The notes under the pieces were generated by a model. It ran no database searches, was not told where the DNA came from, and saw nothing but the letters and a program-made list of their open reading frames with translations. A stretch of DNA of 64,000 bases from Lytechinus pictus (taxonomy: Eukaryota), in NCBI RefSeq assembly GCF_037042905.1, contig NC_087245.1, positions 20,152,001 to 20,216,000 on the forward strand. The letters run 5' to 3'. Numbering within the stretch: the first letter of the stretch is position 1; each line of letters opens with the position of its first letter. Made by a program: the position numbers and the translations under genes. Shown here piece after piece: positions 60,617-64,000 of this stretch.

Positions 60617-61237
60617 TTATGCTACAAAATCTTCATAATCTATAACATCACCACTCCTTTTGCCAAAGAAGCCTCCCCAGCCGTACATATCAGCTTTGTC
60701 CCTTTTGCCAAACCACATACCCCAGTTGTAGTCATCAGGTCTTCTCTGGCGGTGCATCGTTGGATCTTCTAGTTGCCGATCAATGGGTATATCATTTGGA
60801 ACGCGTTTCCCGAAAAAGAACCCGTGTCCGTAATCATTCCCGCGTTTGTCATCTTCTAGTTCTGTCGATCCCACCGCTGCCACCACTTCCGGTGGTAAAT
60901 CCCGATCGCTGTCTTTGGCCAAGTTGGAAAGGTCTTCCTTTGGCGCCATGTCGAGTTCAAGACTCCAATCTTTTGCCTTTGGTTTGGGCGGCCATGCCGG
61001 AAGGACATCAATGTTGAGTGACTTGACTTTGGGAGAAACTTGGCGACCTTTAATCCCTCTTAGCGTACCTCTGGAATCCGTCCCTCTGACGATGTGGTCT
61101 TTGAGCATTCGTAGGAATGACGCAACCCCAGCGAGACTCTTATGTGATTGTTCTGTTGATTTGGCCGGAAATGACGTCACTGGTGCTAGCAGCATGAAGA
61201 ACAGAGAGAGCAGGGCAAGAAACCATCGTGTTCCCAT
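60617..61237 (-). CDS. CCK: Sulfakinin/cholecystokinin (gastrin)-type neuropeptide precursor, 206 aa, single coding exon
   Basis: N-terminal signal peptide (MGTRWFLALLSLFFMLLAPVTS). Three Gly-Lys-Arg-terminated peptides: GNDYGHGFFFG, PDDYNWGMWFG, DKADMYGWGGFFG, each with an acidic residue before Tyr and a C-terminal Phe-amide, as in echinoderm SK/CCK-type peptides. A splice acceptor (ttttcttatag) lies 9 nt before an ATG in GCCGCAATGG context. Confidence 0.93.
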   Translation of the reverse strand: MGTRWFLALLSLFFMLLAPVTSFPAKSTEQSHKSLAGVASFLRMLKDHIVRGTDSRGTLRGIKGRQVSPKVKSLNIDVLPAWPPKPKAKDWSLELDMAPKEDLSNLAKDSDRDLPPEVVAAVGSTELEDDKRGNDYGHGFFFGKRVPNDIPIDRQLEDPTMHRQRRPDDYNWGMWFGKRDKADMYGWGGFFGKRSGDVIDYEDFVA

Positions 61238-64000
61238 TGCGGCGCCCTATAAGAAAATATAAGAGAAGAGACCATGCTTTTAAGTATTGGGAAAAATGCA
61301 ACTATTTCAAGACATAAATAGATTCCAATGAAAGACTCGCAAATATCATCACCATATTTATTAAAACATTATACATCATCATCAAATTCCTGTTCATAGT
61401 AGGTCTCATATTGCAGAACTATCTTAGGACAAGTCCCAAATTGTGAAGAAAAAGTATGGAAATTTGGAAATAGAATAATGAAAATTGTACCACTCTAGTT
61501 TTATACTTGAAGAGGCAATTCTCATTACCCATTTTGATTATTGTATACGTTTACCCTTACCGATGATGATTAGGAACATTGATATATATAATTTGTACTT
61601 AAAAATGCATTATGATGACGCTTCTACATTTACCTTTTTCATGAATGTCTTGCATATATGCAAACCATTCATGACAAAAGTTATTTATTCTATATAAAAT
61701 ACTGCCAATTTCAAAATATTCTTTACAGGTTTCAGACAAGGTAAGAAAAGGGGGTTTATTTGGAACACAGCAAAACAAAAAGAAGAAAGAAGTAATTAAG
61801 TTGATCCTGAAAGTTCTTAAACTCGAAAAAGCAGAGATCGTCAAAAAATAAATGAAACTAAAATAGTTTAAAGAAAAGATGAAACATTTAAAATGCTAAA
61901 ATAGAGGATGAAGCAGGGACTCCCAACTGACTGGATGAAGGGTCACGAGAACCTAGACTAGTAGAGTACAAAGAAACAAGAAAATATGACGGGGATGAAG
62001 TTCGTGGGCAACAGTAATATTCTGTCTGGTATACATGCAGACGAGCAATCACAACCTTTGAATTTCATGAGCCGAAAATATTTCATTATTTCTTTCGTCA
62101 GTTGCACCAAGTTGTTATAAATAACGAATTGTCTGTTTTTCTTATAAATTTTACATTTTCTTTTTCCTGTTTTCTAATCCCATGCGGGAACGCTGCAACC
62201 TCAAGGCCTTCTATTTTTATTGCTATGAAAATTCAAATAATTCATGGGTCTGCCTAAAACAGTAGAGCATAAAATTCTGTTTAGTGACCTTCAATTATTA
62301 TGGAATTATTCTAGACTTGCCTAGTCTAATTCAATTTCATTATACGACGTTATTAGCGCGTATATAATCATCAATATTTTAAGTTTGTGAACTGAAATTG
62401 GCCCCATTTCATAAAAGTCTGTGTGAAAAGCAAATTTCCCGTTAATTCGTTAAATTTTTTAGGCAATCTATTTTCAGAGTGATAGAAATATTGTCCTCGA
62501 TATGTTTGAATTTCTCTTAGATTATGAATTTGTTGATGATTTTAATTACTATAAAAGGATCAATATTATAAATTACATTTTGCTATTTTTTTTACTTCTT
62601 GGGAAAATAGTACACATATTAAGACATTTTATATAACTTAGGGGCGATTAATTTCTCACGCGAGCGTATTATTTGATCTGTTTTATATATCTGATTTGTT
62701 TGTCAATTAAGAAATAACTGAAGAAATAATTTAGAATGTAATTTAGCAAGCAACGAAAAAGACAGACTGTATGACAAAGCAAGTAATTAAATGTATATCT
62801 TAACAGAAATGAGACAGAATACCCATGAGTTGGTAAAATATTTGTAAACATCAGCGTTATATAATATGACACACTATTTATTTACACAACATTGTTTCAA
62901 GTTTATTTTACTCACCCGTGATCATTCTATTAAAAATACTGAGCAATTTTCTTTGGAAACATCGACATCAGGTTTTGACCAAATATCAAACATTTCATGG
63001 TAAATCGTATATGCGTATTTTTACTTTGACTTCAGTTCTACAATAATGATCATTAAAAATTTTAATGAAAATAATATAGTTTTTATGACTTACTTATATT
63101 TTATCGACATACTTAGTGTGAAGTTCAACATCAATTTAAAGAAATTATGATCTTATACATTCATCTGCGCACACAACATCATGCCTATACGTATTTCGGT
63201 GAAAGAGAAGTTTACTACGATATGGTACAAAAGCAAGCGATGTCATAACTTCTATAACTCTCTTTAGACATGTTAGAAGCGTCGCCTAGATAAGATGTCA
63301 TTGACCTGGTTGGTCTTGAGTAATTATTTCAAATTTTCAATCATCTTGACAACCAACTTGAGCGCTGGCTGGATGAGTAACATTAATTCTGATTCTCAAG
63401 TGTCAATACCACTCTTACAAGAACCACTCGTCGTGGTCTCGCATGATCGAATACTTAAACACTCATTTTAACCACAGCAAAGCCTGCTCGGGATTGAGCA
63501 TGAAGATTTTGGGAGTGGTGTGTCCTTCAAAGCGGTAAAACACGGGTCTTCCAACTCAGAGGGGCTTGAGTGAATTGATTCTGTCTTTTTATTTTGGTAA
63601 TATTTAATCAGAATTACCCCATCAATTTTAGAAATAATACCATTACATAAAGGTGTGATGTAAGTTATTTCTTATATATTTATTGTGCAGCTTCATTAAT
63701 TATTTATTTTATTAGTTTAATTAATTTTTTTGTTATACTTCTTTATTTGTTGTATATATTTATTTATTCCTTTTATGTTTATCTATCTGTTCGTGTTAAG
63801 CTGTCGGTTAGGGGTATTATTCGGTGCTATGAGAAAAGGGCTACGGACTTCGAAGAGGGTAGGGTGTCTCAAATATCCCATTCCCTTTAACAATAATCAA
63901 TGTTACCAGTAAGTGTATCATAAAAAGCTGTGCAGTAAGGTTATGAACAACCTTACAAACATCTAGAATATGACAAGCCAAGATGTATTGAAGTTATTCT

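Noticed and set aside
60760..61262. Plus-strand ORFs (85 and 138 aa) overlapping the neuropeptide gene
   Set aside because: Antisense shadows of a GC-richer coding exon; no independent evidence.
62911..62990. Candidate upstream non-coding exon of the SK/CCK gene (minus-strand donor CGG|GTGAGT at ~62915)
   Set aside because: Plausible, but supported only by a donor motif; exon boundaries cannot be established from sequence alone.

Overview
AT-rich, repeat-dense animal genomic DNA, very probably an echinoid (sea urchin), judging from the neuropeptide sequences and repeat types. I reconstructed three host genes by hand. (1) AAMP, a WD40 protein of the Sqt1 family: + strand, 11 coding exons, 12555-25249, about 417 aa, with one GC-AG intron. 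(2) CNPPD1, a cyclin Pas1/PHO80-domain protein: - strand, 9 coding exons, 46190-33140, about 502 aa, convergent with AAMP. (3) A sulfakinin/cholecystokinin(gastrin)-type neuropeptide precursor: - strand, one coding exon, 61237-60617, with three predicted amidated, Tyr-sulfatable peptides. Most of the rest is mobile DNA. An apparently intact single-ORF L2/CR1-group LINE carrying a 2A/StopGo motif (GDVESNPGP) sits in AAMP intron 4. There are also two truncated LINEs, SINEs, and a 3.2-kb Mutator-like element with a 9-bp TSD next to the probable AAMP promoter. Other elements include many hAT-, Tc1-, Harbinger-, Kolobok- and EnSpm-like MITEs (two triple-nested clusters), a Helentron-associated (HINE/DINE-1-like) element, and a family of TIR-less elements ending in long covarying DNA hairpins. 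Nearly all other short ORFs in the track look spurious. All homology calls come from motif recognition and recall, not database searches.
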